A DNA stretch of 64,000 nt. Source: Flavobacteriaceae bacterium. Its GTDB lineage: Bacteria > Bacteroidota > Bacteroidia > Flavobacteriales > Flavobacteriaceae. The DNA is taken from positions 11,169 through 75,168 of the forward strand of contig CANFZC010000003.1 in assembly GCA_947451475.1 (NCBI GenBank), in the 5' to 3' direction. Positions 9,819-20,907 of the stretch are shown piece after piece. How positions within the stretch are numbered: position 1 is the stretch's first letter; the number at the start of each line of letters is the position of its first letter. A model generated the notes under the pieces. The model was given only the letters and a program-made list of their open reading frames with translations. It searched no databases and was not told the DNA's origin. Both the position numbers and the translations under genes were made by a program.

Positions 9819-12287
9819 ATGCTCGAAATAAAAGATTTTACTTTTTTTGACAATAAAAACAGTTTTGATTTTAAAGGGTTTCTGATCAAAACTACCAGTT
9901 ATTGGAAATGGTTTTTGGTGGGATTAATCATTGCGTTTTCTATTGCACATCAAGTAAACGTGAGAAAACAAAAAATTTACGGCATTGAAACAACTATTGT
10001 TGTCAAAGAAGAAAACAATCCTTTTTTTACAGCCAATACAAGTTTGGTTTTCAATTGGGGAGGTACCTCCGATAAAGTTCAAATGATTTCGACTACTTTA
10101 AAGTCTCGGTCACATAACGAAATTGTCGTAGATAAATTAAATTTTTACATCGATTATTTTAAGCAAACAAAATATTTCTTGCAAGATGTATACGGACAAA
10201 TTCCTTTTAAAATAATTGTAAATAAGAAACAAAACCAGTTATACGAGCATTTTATTGGTGTAAAAATGCTTTCTGCAACTACTTATCAAATTAGAATTCC
10301 ATTTCAAAAAAATAATCAAAATGTAATTAATTATGATAGTAACAGAATTATACCAATCACAGTTCAGAATAATGAATTAATTAAAAATTTTAGAATTGGA
10401 GATGAAGTAAATCTGCCCTTCCTTCATTGGAGATTAGAAATCTCAGATTTTTCTAAAATGAAGTTGAATGAAGAAATTCTCGTTCGATTTAATTCTTTTG
10501 ATGAAACAGTTGGGAAATGCAAGGGTATTAAAATTGCATTTGATGAGAAAGCTGCATCGATTTTAAAATTAGGTATGGAAGGGACCAATAAAAACCGAAT
10601 GGTTGACTTCTTGAATACTACAGTTGATTGCCTTATTAAAAGACAATTGGAAAATAAAAATAAATTTGCAGAAAACACCATCAATTTCATTGATCAGACT
10701 CTTTTGAAGATGGAAAGTCAATTGAAGGATTCTGGAAATGATCTAAAAGATTTTAGCAAAAACAATAGTATTATTGATTTGGACGATAAAGGAGCCAGTA
10801 TCAAACAACAACTACTTGACTTAGATACCCGAAAGGATGAAGTCGAACGAAAAATAGCATATCTTAATTCGTTGAAAATGTATCTAAAGAATGCTAATGA
10901 CTATTCAAAATTACCAGCTCCAACTGTCGCAGGAATAGATGATCCAAATATTTTAGATAATGTTTCAAGACTTATAGGTTTGTCTATACAAAGGTCTGAA
11001 TTGTTGTATTCAGCCAAAGGGCCTATTTTTTATGATAGAGTAGATAACGAAATTGGTGCAGTAAAAAGAGTATTGTTAGAAAACTCAAATTCTCTAAAAA
11101 GTGTTTTGCAAATCGATTTAGAGAATGCAAATAGAAAACTAGCTGAGATTGATGCAGAAATTAAAAAGATGCCAGAAACAAATCAAGCCTACTTGAATAT
11201 ATCGAGGAAGTATGATTTAAGTAGTAGTCTTTACAGTACTTATTTGCAAAAAAGAAGTGAAGCTTCAATTGTTAAAGCGTCCAATCTTTCTGATATTCAA
11301 TTTATTGATTCCGCAAAAGATGTTGGAGGTGGATTACTAGGACCCAAAACTAGTGTGAATTATGTTTTGGCATTTTTTGCTGGAATTTTAATTCCATTGG
11401 TACTTGTTTTTCTCATATTTTTCATTAATAATACAATACAAAATATCTCCGATATTTCCACACTTACTCAATTACCACTTTTAGGAATAGTAGGAGTTAA
11501 ACATTCTGATTCTAATTTATCGGTATTAGAACGTCCAAAATCAGCACTGTCAGAATCTTTTCGGGCAATTCGATCATCATTACAGTTTATCTATAAAAAG
11601 CAAAGTATAGAAGGTTCAAAAACATTAATGTTAACATCCTCTATAAGTGGTGAAGGAAAGACATTTTGCTCAATTAATATTGCTACAGTTTTTGCCTTAA
11701 GTGAAAAGAGAACTATTATTTTAGGTCTTGATTTACGCAAGCCTAAAATATTTGATGATTTCAACATTAAAAATGATGTTGGGATTGTTAACTATTTAAT
11801 AGGTCAAAAGAAGTTAGACGATGTTATTCAAAAAACACACGTTCCTTATCTAGATGTAATTACTTCGGGGCCTATTCCTCCAAATCCTTCTGAGTTGATT
11901 TTAGGAGAAAGCATGAAGGAAATGATGTCTGAATTAAAGAAGAAATATGACTATATTGTCTTAGATACTCCTCCTGTAGGTCTAGTGTCTGATGCTCTAG
12001 AATTGGCTCAGTTTTGCGATGTGACTTTGTATGTTGTAAGACAAAATTTTACCAAAAAAGAAATGTTGACGCTCCTTAATAACAGAGCAAAAAGAGGAGA
12101 ATTAAATAATATAAGTATTGTCTTCAATGGTTATGAAAATAAAGCTAAATATGGCGTAGGTTATGGTTATGGTTATGGCTATGGTTATAGTTATGGCTAT
12201 GGCAATGGAAGCGGATATCATGAGGAAGATGAACCTACAGGCTTTTTTGCTAGATTATATTACAAAATATTTAAGCCTAAAAAGTAA
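9819..12287 (+). CDS. wzc: Wzc polysaccharide co-polymerase / BY-kinase
   Basis: Two TM segments, Walker A SSISGEGKT, DLRKP, Walker B IVLDTPP, C-terminal Tyr cluster. Confidence 0.95.
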   Translation: MLEIKDFTFFDNKNSFDFKGFLIKTTSYWKWFLVGLIIAFSIAHQVNVRKQKIYGIETTIVVKEENNPFFTANTSLVFNWGGTSDKVQMISTTLKSRSHNEIVVDKLNFYIDYFKQTKYFLQDVYGQIPFKIIVNKKQNQLYEHFIGVKMLSATTYQIRIPFQKNNQNVINYDSNRIIPITVQNNELIKNFRIGDEVNLPFLHWRLEISDFSKMKLNEEILVRFNSFDETVGKCKGIKIAFDEKAASILKLGMEGTNKNRMVDFLNTTVDCLIKRQLENKNKFAENTINFIDQTLLKMESQLKDSGNDLKDFSKNNSIIDLDDKGASIKQQLLDLDTRKDEVERKIAYLNSLKMYLKNANDYSKLPAPTVAGIDDPNILDNVSRLIGLSIQRSELLYSAKGPIFYDRVDNEIGAVKRVLLENSNSLKSVLQIDLENANRKLAEIDAEIKKMPETNQAYLNISRKYDLSSSLYSTYLQKRSEASIVKASNLSDIQFIDSAKDVGGGLLGPKTSVNYVLAFFAGILIPLVLVFLIFFINNTIQNISDISTLTQLPLLGIVGVKHSDSNLSVLERPKSALSESFRAIRSSLQFIYKKQSIEGSKTLMLTSSISGEGKTFCSINIATVFALSEKRTIILGLDLRKPKIFDDFNIKNDVGIVNYLIGQKKLDDVIQKTHVPYLDVITSGPIPPNPSELILGESMKEMMSELKKKYDYIVLDTPPVGLVSDALELAQFCDVTLYVVRQNFTKKEMLTLLNNRAKRGELNNISIVFNGYENKAKYGVGYGYGYGYGYSYGYGNGSGYHEEDEPTGFFARLYYKIFKPKK
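12159..12200 (+). repeat. Hexanucleotide microsatellite (GGTTAT-like x7) encoding the Wzc Tyr cluster
   Basis: ggttat ggttat ggttat ggctat ggttat agttat ggctat. Confidence 0.9.
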
Positions 12288-13267
12288 TGAAAGATAAAAA
12301 AATATCCATACTTATTACTGGAGGGGCTGGATTTATTGGTTCTAATCTTTGCGAATATTTTTTAGCAAAAAATTATAACGTTACTTGCTTGGATAATTTT
12401 TCTACAGGGCACAAGCATAATGTTGAGCCTTTTATGTCAAATCCAAATTTTGATTTAATTATTGGGGATATAAGAGATCCACATACATGCGCTACCGCTG
12501 CTAAAAATAAAGATTATGTCTTACACGAAGCCGCCTTAGGGTCTGTGCCGCGTTCAATAAATGATCCTCATACAACCAATGAGGTAAACATATCTGGTTT
12601 TTTAAATATGCTTATTGCATCAAGAGATGCCGGTGTAAAACGCTTTGTATATGCAGCGAGTTCTTCTACCTATGGTGATTCTGAAAGTCTACCTAAAATC
12701 GAAGATGTAATTGGAAAGCCTCTTTCTCCTTATGCCATCACGAAGTACGTTAATGAATTGTATGCAGAAATATTCGGTAAAACCTATGGTATGGAAACCA
12801 TAGGACTACGCTATTTTAATGTTTTTGGAAGAAGACAAGATCCAAACGGAGCATATGCAGCAGTGATTCCAAAATTTGTACAGAGTTTAATTAAATATGA
12901 AAGTCCGGTCATTAATGGCGACGGAAATTTTTCTAGGGATTTCACTTATATAGATAATGTTATCAAGATGAATGAGTTAGCTTTGTTTTCAGACAATGCT
13001 TTAGCCATAAATACTATTTTTAATACGGCATATGGAGACAGAATTACCTTAAATGAAATGGTTAATTGTCTTAAATTGTATCTTTCCGATTTTGACGCTA
13101 AAATAGCAGAAGTTCCTGTTATATATGGACCAAATAGACCTGGTGATATTCCACATTCTTTAGCTAGTATTGAAAAAGCACAAAACTTACTAAATTACAA
13201 ACCCGATTTTTCATTTCAACTAGGCTTGAGGGAAGCGGTTAAATGGTATTGGGATAACTTGAAATAA
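12287..13267 (+). CDS. UDP-GlcNAc(A) 4-epimerase, WbpP/TviC-like extended SDR
   Basis: TGGAGFIGS, HEAALGSVPRS, YAASSS, YAITK, RYFNVFGRRQDPNGAYAAVIP. Confidence 0.88.
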   Translation: MKDKKISILITGGAGFIGSNLCEYFLAKNYNVTCLDNFSTGHKHNVEPFMSNPNFDLIIGDIRDPHTCATAAKNKDYVLHEAALGSVPRSINDPHTTNEVNISGFLNMLIASRDAGVKRFVYAASSSTYGDSESLPKIEDVIGKPLSPYAITKYVNELYAEIFGKTYGMETIGLRYFNVFGRRQDPNGAYAAVIPKFVQSLIKYESPVINGDGNFSRDFTYIDNVIKMNELALFSDNALAINTIFNTAYGDRITLNEMVNCLKLYLSDFDAKIAEVPVIYGPNRPGDIPHSLASIEKAQNLLNYKPDFSFQLGLREAVKWYWDNLK

Positions 13268-13273
13268 AAAAAC

Positions 13274-14668
13274 ATGAAGATTACAAATATATGTTGTGTT
13301 GGAGCAGGATATGTTGGCGGACCAACAATGGCTGTTATTGCTGAAAAATGCCCTCATATAAAAGTTACAGTAGTAGATTTAAATGAAAATAGAATTGCCG
13401 CCTGGAATGATAGCAATATTAACAATATTCCTATTTATGAACCAGGTTTGTCAGAGATTGTTGCTAAGACAAGAAATATAAATTTGTTCTTTTCAACCGA
13501 GGTAGAAAAAGCAATTGACGAAGCAGAATTAATTTTCATCTCAGTAAATACCCCAACAAAGACATACGGTACTGGTAAAGGTATGGCAGCTGATCTGAAA
13601 TATATTGAACTTTGTGCTCGTCAAATAGCAAAAGTGGCAAAATCTGATAAGATCATTGTAGAAAAATCTACATTGCCTGTTAGAACTGCTGAAGCTCTAA
13701 AATCTATATTAGACAACGCTGGAAATGGTGTCCAATTTCAAATATTGTCTAATCCTGAGTTTCTAGCAGAAGGAACAGCGGTACCTGATTTATTAAATCC
13801 AGATAGAGTTCTAATTGGAGGAGAACATACAGTCGAAGGACAAAACGCTATAGATGCTTTGGTTGAAGTTTATGCTAATTGGGTACCCAAAGAGCGTATA
13901 TTAAAAACTAATGTTTGGTCTTCAGAATTATCAAAATTAACAGCTAACGCTTTTTTAGCGCAAAGAGTTTCTTCTATAAATGCCATTTCTGAATTATGTG
14001 AAAAAACAGAAGCAAATGTTGGTGAGGTTTCTAGAGCAATAGGTATGGATAGCAGAATTGGAGATAAATTTTTAAAGGCGTCAGTTGGTTTTGGGGGGTC
14101 TTGTTTCCAAAAGGACATCCTGAATTTAGTTTATATTTCAAAGGCATTTGGTTTAAATGAAGTGGCCGATTATTGGGAACAAGTAATCATAATGAATGAT
14201 CACCAAAAAAGACGTTTTTCTAGAAAAATCGTGCAAACATTATACAATACAGTTTCAGGTAAAAAAATCACTTTTTTAGGATGGTCCTTTAAGAAAGATA
14301 CTAATGATACTAGAGAATCAGCAGCTATTTATGTGGCCGACGATTTAATTAATGAACAGGCAAACATAGCCCTTTATGATCCAAAAGTTAATTACCAACA
14401 AGTAGTAACTGATTTGAATTATCTTGAAACAAGAAATGCTGAAGTTAATGAAAAACACATTGTAGCTTTTGACAATCCCTATGAGGCTTGTCAAAATGCT
14501 CATGCCATTGCTGTGTTAACGGAATGGGATGAATTCAATGATTACGATTGGGAAAAAATATACGATGGTATGCTTAAACCTGCATTTATATTCGATGGTA
14601 GAAATCTTTTAGATGCTGCTAAAATGAAATCAATAGGTTTTGTATATCAATCAATTGGAACAAAATAA
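13274..14668 (+). CDS. ugd: UDP-glucose 6-dehydrogenase
   Basis: [39 protein letters not shown]. Confidence 0.93.
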   Translation: MKITNICCVGAGYVGGPTMAVIAEKCPHIKVTVVDLNENRIAAWNDSNINNIPIYEPGLSEIVAKTRNINLFFSTEVEKAIDEAELIFISVNTPTKTYGTGKGMAADLKYIELCARQIAKVAKSDKIIVEKSTLPVRTAEALKSILDNAGNGVQFQILSNPEFLAEGTAVPDLLNPDRVLIGGEHTVEGQNAIDALVEVYANWVPKERILKTNVWSSELSKLTANAFLAQRVSSINAISELCEKTEANVGEVSRAIGMDSRIGDKFLKASVGFGGSCFQKDILNLVYISKAFGLNEVADYWEQVIIMNDHQKRRFSRKIVQTLYNTVSGKKITFLGWSFKKDTNDTRESAAIYVADDLINEQANIALYDPKVNYQQVVTDLNYLETRNAEVNEKHIVAFDNPYEACQNAHAIAVLTEWDEFNDYDWEKIYDGMLKPAFIFDGRNLLDAAKMKSIGFVYQSIGTK

Positions 14669-14709
14669 ACTAAATTTGAAATTTAAACTTTAGGATTTTA
14701 TAAATAAAC

Positions 14710-15987
14710 ATGGATTCAAAAATTGCAATAATTGGACTTGGATATGTAGGCTTACCGCTGGCAAGATTATTTGCTACAAAATATTCAGTAGTAGGTTTTG
14801 ATATTAATCAAAAAAGAATAAGCGAATTAAATTCTGGAAATGATGTTACCCTTGAAGTTGACGAAATAACGCTTAAAAATGTATTGGTGAATAATTCATC
14901 AGCAGCTATAGGCCTTTTCTGCACCCATAATTTAGAGGACATAAAAGATTGTAACTATTATATCGTTACAGTTCCAACTCCTGTAGATAAAAATAATCGT
15001 CCAGACTTAACACCGCTTTATAAATCAAGTGAAACAGTTGGAAAAGTTTTAAAAAAGGGAGATGTTGTTATTTATGAATCTACGGTATATCCTGGTGTGA
15101 CAGAAGAAGAATGTATTCCTGTTTTAGAAAAGGTAAGCGGTCTAAAGTTCAATGTAGATTTCTTTGCGGGATATTCTCCTGAGAGAATTAATCCAGGAGA
15201 CAAAGAGCATACAGTAGAAAAAATTCTAAAAGTAACTTCAGGCTCTACGCCAGAAATAGGCCTTAAGGTTAATGAGCTTTATAAATCAGTGATCATTGCA
15301 GGAACCCATTTAGCGCCAAGTATTAAAGTGGCAGAAGCTGCAAAAGTAATTGAAAATTCACAACGTGATATCAATATTGCTTTTGTTAATGAACTTGCAA
15401 AAATTTTTAATATATTAGAAATAGATACTCAAGCAGTACTAGAAGCAGCCGGAACTAAATGGAATTTCCTTCCTTTTAAACCGGGATTAGTAGGCGGACA
15501 TTGTATCGGAGTCGATCCTTATTATTTGGCACAAAAAGCGCAAGAAAGAGGATACCATCCTGAAATTATTTTAGCGGGAAGACGTTTAAATGACAGCATG
15601 GGAGAATATGTTGCTTCACAAGTAGTAAAGTTGATGATAAAAAAGGGGGTTACAATTAATGGAGCCCAATTGTTAATGCTAGGTTTTACTTTTAAAGAAA
15701 ATTGCCCCGACGTTAGAAATACCAAAATCGTAGATGTCGTATCAGCGTTAACAGATTACGGTATTCAGGTGACAATCTATGATCCTTGGGCAAAACCAGA
15801 AGAGGTATGGCACGAATACCAATTAAAAACTACAAATGAATTACCTACTATGACTTTTGATTCATTAGTGTTAGGGGTGGCCCATAAAGAGTTTCAAACT
15901 CTTGATCTTTCAAAGTTGAAAAATGATAACTGTGTCGTGTTTGATGTGAAAGGAGTTTTAAAAGACAAAGCAGACGGAAAATTATAG
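14710..15987 (+). CDS. UDP-N-acetylhexosamine 6-dehydrogenase (WbpO/TviB-like)
   Basis: GLGYVGLPLA, YESTVYPG, YSPERINPGD, GGHCIGVDPYYL, FKENCPDVRN. Confidence 0.9.
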   Translation: MDSKIAIIGLGYVGLPLARLFATKYSVVGFDINQKRISELNSGNDVTLEVDEITLKNVLVNNSSAAIGLFCTHNLEDIKDCNYYIVTVPTPVDKNNRPDLTPLYKSSETVGKVLKKGDVVIYESTVYPGVTEEECIPVLEKVSGLKFNVDFFAGYSPERINPGDKEHTVEKILKVTSGSTPEIGLKVNELYKSVIIAGTHLAPSIKVAEAAKVIENSQRDINIAFVNELAKIFNILEIDTQAVLEAAGTKWNFLPFKPGLVGGHCIGVDPYYLAQKAQERGYHPEIILAGRRLNDSMGEYVASQVVKLMIKKGVTINGAQLLMLGFTFKENCPDVRNTKIVDVVSALTDYGIQVTIYDPWAKPEEVWHEYQLKTTNELPTMTFDSLVLGVAHKEFQTLDLSKLKNDNCVVFDVKGVLKDKADGKL

Positions 15988-17037
15988 ATGAAAAAAATAG
16001 TTATCACAGGTGGTGCAGGTTTTATAGGGTCTCATGTCGTAAGACGTTTTATGACCAGATATCCATCATATCAAATTTTTAATCTCGATGCACTTACCTA
16101 TGCTGGAAATTTAGAAAATATTACAGATATTGAAAATTTGCCCAATTATACATTTCTTAAAGGTGATATAACTGATGCCGATTTTATTAATGATTTATTC
16201 CAAAAATATCAATTTGATGGCGTTATTCATTTAGCTGCCGAATCCCATGTAGACCGTTCAATTACTGATCCATTAGCTTTCGTAAAGACAAATGTAGTAG
16301 GAACGATGAATTTGCTAAACGCGTGCAAAACTATTTGGTCCAATAATTATGATGGAAAGCGTTTCTATCATATTTCAACAGATGAAGTATATGGTAGTTT
16401 AGGTGCTACAGGCTTGTTTACAGAAACAACCCCCTATGATCCTAATTCGCCTTACTCTGCATCTAAAGCAAGTTCAGATCACTTTGTAAGAGCCTATGGA
16501 GAAACCTATGGATTGCCTTATGTCATAACTAATTGCTCCAATAATTACGGACCCAATCATTTTCCAGAAAAACTAATCCCTCTATTTATTAATAATATTA
16601 TCAATAATAAACCTTTGCCAGTTTATGGTGATGGAAAATACACGCGTGATTGGCTTTTTGTAGAAGATCATGCCGTGGCAATTGATTTGGTTTTTCATGA
16701 AGGTAAAAATCATGAAACTTATAATATTGGAGGTTTTAATGAATGGCAAAATATTGAATTAGTCAAATTGCTGTGCCAACAAATGGATCTAAAAATTGGA
16801 CGTGCTTCTGGCGAATCTGAAAAGTTAATTACTTATGTCAAAGACCGTCCAGGACACGATTTACGGTATGCTATAGATGCTACAAAAATTAATAAAGAAT
16901 TAGGGTGGAAACCTTCAGTAACTTTTGAACAAGGTTTGGAACGAACTATCGATTGGTATTTAAATAATACAGAATGGTTAGACCGAGTTACCTCAGGTGA
17001 ATATCAAAAGTACTATGATAAGCAATATTCTAAATAG
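15988..17037 (+). CDS. rfbB: dTDP-glucose 4,6-dehydratase
   Basis: TGGAGFIGS, LTYAGNL, HLAAESHVDRSI, HISTDEVYG, YSASKA, DRPGHDLRY. Confidence 0.96.
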   Translation: MKKIVITGGAGFIGSHVVRRFMTRYPSYQIFNLDALTYAGNLENITDIENLPNYTFLKGDITDADFINDLFQKYQFDGVIHLAAESHVDRSITDPLAFVKTNVVGTMNLLNACKTIWSNNYDGKRFYHISTDEVYGSLGATGLFTETTPYDPNSPYSASKASSDHFVRAYGETYGLPYVITNCSNNYGPNHFPEKLIPLFINNIINNKPLPVYGDGKYTRDWLFVEDHAVAIDLVFHEGKNHETYNIGGFNEWQNIELVKLLCQQMDLKIGRASGESEKLITYVKDRPGHDLRYAIDATKINKELGWKPSVTFEQGLERTIDWYLNNTEWLDRVTSGEYQKYYDKQYSK

Positions 17038-17129
17038 GAATGCTATAAAGGTCAAGTTGTACCCTTAGCTTAATAAATAAAATTTTTAGCATTTAATGCT
17101 CAATAGATATCTTTAATAGAAGCTAAATC

Positions 17130-18374
17130 ATGCAGAAAAAAATACTTGTTTTAGGCGTTGGTCAGCATAACTTTTTATATTATTTATATTCAGCTTTAAA
17201 GGCTTATAATAATTCGTATACAGTTGTAGCGCCCTTTGTTCGAGAACTCGATAAAAGTGTGAAAAGCGATACTTCTATTTACAATAACGAATTAGCTTCT
17301 CAAAAAGTCAGTCTCCTTAATTATTTAAAAGCTTTTATATTTCTTCCGTTTGACGGATTCCTATATCAAACATTCTTCTTTATTCTTTTTATTGAAAGAA
17401 AATTCAAAAAAGCTATTCATTTTGTACTCAAGTATAGCCAAGCGAAAGCGTTCTTTCTCCAAAATGATAATTTTAAGTCGTTTGACATATTTCATTTTCA
17501 TTACTTACAATACAGTTACGTACGCGAACTTTTTTTAATACCAAAAGGGAAAAATATTGTATGCACTTTTTGGGGCTCTGATTTATTACGAACGGCAGAC
17601 ATTCTCAATTTATATATAATTAAAAAAGCACTAAATAGAGCAACGTCGATTACTTGTCAATCCCTTGAATTAAAAGAGATTATTTTATCTAAATATGGAA
17701 GACACCTCGAAAGTAAAATAAGCGTTGTGATGTTTCCCATTGACACGAAAACATACGAAGCAATTGATGTCTATAAAACAAAGCAAGTGTCGATAAATGA
17801 GTTTAAAGAAAAATATAACTATTCAAATGAAAAACTCAATGTGTTAATCGGACATAACGGTAGTATGTTCAATAACCATGAAAATATCATTAAGTCGCTA
17901 GGTCAGTTAGAGCAGAAAGAAAAAGTCCATTTAATCGTAAATCTCAATTATGGATTACCAGAATCTGATAAAGATTCCTATAAAGCTAAACTAACTCAGG
18001 CGCTAGAAGATACAGGGATGAGCTTTGTTGTTCTTGAAAATTTTTTTTCAGGTGATGAATTAGCTATTGCCAGGTTAGCTTCCGAAGTTTTTATCCACAT
18101 GCCTATTTCCGATGCGCTTAGTGGTACCATGCTAGAAATGCTCTATGCTTCTAATATTGTCATAACCGGTTCTTGGTTACCCTATAAAACGTTTGTAAAT
18201 GCAGGATTAAAGTATCATGAGGTGAGCGATTTTTCCAAACTTCCAACTGTTTTTGATAACATATTAAATCAGTATAATACTGAAAAAGATGTAGCACAGC
18301 AAAACCACAAGGCCATTCAAGAATCATTTTTTGGGGATCGTATTATTGCCAAATGGAATCAGATTTTAAATTAA
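17130..18374 (+). CDS. Glycosyltransferase, WecF (GT56)-like
   Basis: TFWGSDL and NVLIGHNGSMFNNH...VNLNYG...LENF resemble WecF ILVGNSGD..N.H...PMGYP; GT-B type C-terminus. Confidence 0.5.
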   Translation: MQKKILVLGVGQHNFLYYLYSALKAYNNSYTVVAPFVRELDKSVKSDTSIYNNELASQKVSLLNYLKAFIFLPFDGFLYQTFFFILFIERKFKKAIHFVLKYSQAKAFFLQNDNFKSFDIFHFHYLQYSYVRELFLIPKGKNIVCTFWGSDLLRTADILNLYIIKKALNRATSITCQSLELKEIILSKYGRHLESKISVVMFPIDTKTYEAIDVYKTKQVSINEFKEKYNYSNEKLNVLIGHNGSMFNNHENIIKSLGQLEQKEKVHLIVNLNYGLPESDKDSYKAKLTQALEDTGMSFVVLENFFSGDELAIARLASEVFIHMPISDALSGTMLEMLYASNIVITGSWLPYKTFVNAGLKYHEVSDFSKLPTVFDNILNQYNTEKDVAQQNHKAIQESFFGDRIIAKWNQILN

Positions 18375-18379
18375 CTAAA

Positions 18380-19822
18380 ATGGATTTAAAAAGCAAAGTT
18401 AAAAAGAGTTTGATGTGGACTTTTGGAGATCAAATCGTTACTCAGATAGTCTTTGTTCTTTTTGGTATTTTTCTAGCACGGATTTTATCGCCATCAGTTT
18501 TTGGCGTAGTAGGAATGGTCACAATGTTCACTAATTTCGCAGCTCTTTTTATCGATATGGGTTTTGGAGTAGCATTAATCCAAAAGAAAGAAGCTGATAA
18601 CGAACATTTTTCTTCAGTATTTTGGCTTAACTTAGGAATCGGTTGCTTTCTCTATGGGCTGTTTTTCTTCATGGCCCCCCTGTTCAGTATATTTTTTCAT
18701 CAACCCCAACTCACAATATTAGTCAGAGTAATCTGTTTGTCATTTATAATTAGCTCACTTACATCGGTCCAATCCAATTTATTAGTTCGCGAACTCAAAT
18801 TCAAGCAAAAAGTATTATTCAACTGGATTTCCGTTATTCTTGGGTATACAGTTGCTTTTTTGCTGGCTTTGAAAGGATTCGGAGTTTGGGCAGTGGTATG
18901 GATGACCATAGTGACCGCAAGCTCCAATTCGTTGCTCTATTGGATTTCTTCAGACTGGAGGCCTTCATTTCTATTCAATCGGAATAAAATAAAAGAATTA
19001 TCAAAATTCGGATTCAATGTTTTAGGGGATACCTCCGTTAATTATTGGTCTAGAAATTTTGATAACTTTATCATTGGTCGGATGTTAGGAAGTACCCAGC
19101 TAGGGTTATATACTAGAGCCTATTCGTTAATGTTGTTGCCTCTTAGAAATATTTCTTCTGTAATAACCAAAGTAATGTTTCCCGCTTTTTCCAAAAAGCA
19201 AGATGATGTAGCCAGTATTAAACGACATTATCTTCAAATCATCAAATACATTGCTTTAGTTACATTTCCTGCCATGATCGGACTTTCTTTGGTATCCAAA
19301 GAATTTGTATTGTTGTTTTTTGGTAAGAATTGGACAGGAATGATTCCAGTACTAGCCATATTAAGTTTAGTAGGAGCGGTCCAATCCATCTTTTCTTTAA
19401 ACGGAATGATTTATAATTCTTTGGGAAAAGCTCATATTGCTTTTAAAGTTTCAATATTAGTTAACGTTGTCTTGATAATAGCTTTTACTATTGGTGTTAA
19501 TTTTGGCATCGAAGGTATGGCATGGAGCTATTTAATCGCTAGTATCCTATTATTTTTTCCAATTTACAATACAGCAATAAAGCAACTAAATACGACCTTG
19601 TCAGAAGTTTTTTTTACCCTAAAAGGCAGTATAGGAGCAACCTTGACTATGGCACTGGTAATGATAGTTTTAAATAATTTTTTGAGTACCTCTTTATTAG
19701 TCGGCTTTGCAGTCAAAACTTTTGTTGGCACACTTATTTATTTTATCATTGTATATAATTTGGAAAAAGCACTAGTTAAAGGGTTACTTTTAAAAGTAAA
19801 AAAACTACTCAAAATACAATAA
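18380..19822 (+). CDS. wzx: Wzx flippase (MOP superfamily, WzxC-like)
   Basis: LARILSPSVFG, DMGFGVALIQKK, DNFIIGRMLG..LGLYTRAY, VMFPAFSKKQDD; 12-14 TM; ATG 18380 avoids overlap. Confidence 0.92.
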   Translation: MDLKSKVKKSLMWTFGDQIVTQIVFVLFGIFLARILSPSVFGVVGMVTMFTNFAALFIDMGFGVALIQKKEADNEHFSSVFWLNLGIGCFLYGLFFFMAPLFSIFFHQPQLTILVRVICLSFIISSLTSVQSNLLVRELKFKQKVLFNWISVILGYTVAFLLALKGFGVWAVVWMTIVTASSNSLLYWISSDWRPSFLFNRNKIKELSKFGFNVLGDTSVNYWSRNFDNFIIGRMLGSTQLGLYTRAYSLMLLPLRNISSVITKVMFPAFSKKQDDVASIKRHYLQIIKYIALVTFPAMIGLSLVSKEFVLLFFGKNWTGMIPVLAILSLVGAVQSIFSLNGMIYNSLGKAHIAFKVSILVNVVLIIAFTIGVNFGIEGMAWSYLIASILLFFPIYNTAIKQLNTTLSEVFFTLKGSIGATLTMALVMIVLNNFLSTSLLVGFAVKTFVGTLIYFIIVYNLEKALVKGLLLKVKKLLKIQ

Positions 19823-19845
19823 ATCAAGGATTTATATCCAACTTT

Positions 19846-20907
19846 ATGAAAATAGTCAGAATTACTACACTGCTTGATTTTGGAGGACAGGAAAGAAAAT
19901 ACATCTCTTTTACACAAAATCCTGCATGGTTAGTTAATGACTATATTTTTGCGGCGATTGGACATGGAGGGTATGCCGAAAAAAAAATAAAGGAACGTGG
20001 TTTTGAAGTGGTTATTTTTAATCAAAAACCCAATATTTCCAACCTAAAAAACATCTGGATGCTGTACAAATGGTTTAGAGAAATAAAACCAGATCTAGTG
20101 CATACAGCCGCAGCTGAGGCTAACTTTCATGCAACCATAGCAGCAAAGTTAGCAGGAGTAAAAGTTGTAGTAGCAGAAGAAATCGGATTCCCTACCCATT
20201 CCAGTAAAGCAAGAGTGGTGTTCAGGATGATTTATAATTGGTGCGATAAAGTGATTTGCGTGTCTAAAGCAGTTCATCAATTCTTAGTGGATATCAACGA
20301 AATTAAACCAGATAAAGGAGTGCTTGTGTATAATCCTGTTGGCGAACCCAAATCCATCGAGAGAAAGCTTTCCAATGCGTTTACTATAGTATGTGTCGGT
20401 CGTTTAGAGAAAGTAAAAAACCAGCAGTTATTGATTAAGGCATTTTCTAGATTAAAAGATAAAAGCATAAAGTTAATCTTAGTAGGTGATGGCAGAGAAA
20501 AGGAGAATCTTCAAAAATTGATCTCCGATTTAAATCTCATTAAAAGGGTAGAGGTTACGGGCTTTTCTCCTGAACCTGAAAAATATTTAGCCAAAGCCAA
20601 TCTTTTCGTGCTTCCATCCTTATCGGAAGGATTTGGTATTGCAGTCGTGGAAGCTATGCAACAAGGACTGCCTTGTCTATGTTCATCAATTGGCGGTATT
20701 CCCGAATTCATAGAAGAAAATAAAACAGGTTGGATGTTCAATCCCAATAAGGAAGAGGAGTTGTTTGAAAAACTAGAAGTAATAACAGCACTTCCGCAAA
20801 CTGAACTTAATACGATTGGAGCGAATGCGAAAGCCTATGTGTTACAAAATTTTTCCGAAAAAAAATACGTAACAGAGTTAGAAGACTTATACCAACAACT
20901 ACAATGA
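19846..20907 (+). CDS. Glycosyltransferase family 4
   Basis: VGRLEKVKNQ, VGDG, PSLSEGFGIAVVEAM (EX7E). Confidence 0.92.
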   Translation: MKIVRITTLLDFGGQERKYISFTQNPAWLVNDYIFAAIGHGGYAEKKIKERGFEVVIFNQKPNISNLKNIWMLYKWFREIKPDLVHTAAAEANFHATIAAKLAGVKVVVAEEIGFPTHSSKARVVFRMIYNWCDKVICVSKAVHQFLVDINEIKPDKGVLVYNPVGEPKSIERKLSNAFTIVCVGRLEKVKNQQLLIKAFSRLKDKSIKLILVGDGREKENLQKLISDLNLIKRVEVTGFSPEPEKYLAKANLFVLPSLSEGFGIAVVEAMQQGLPCLCSSIGGIPEFIEENKTGWMFNPNKEEELFEKLEVITALPQTELNTIGANAKAYVLQNFSEKKYVTELEDLYQQLQ

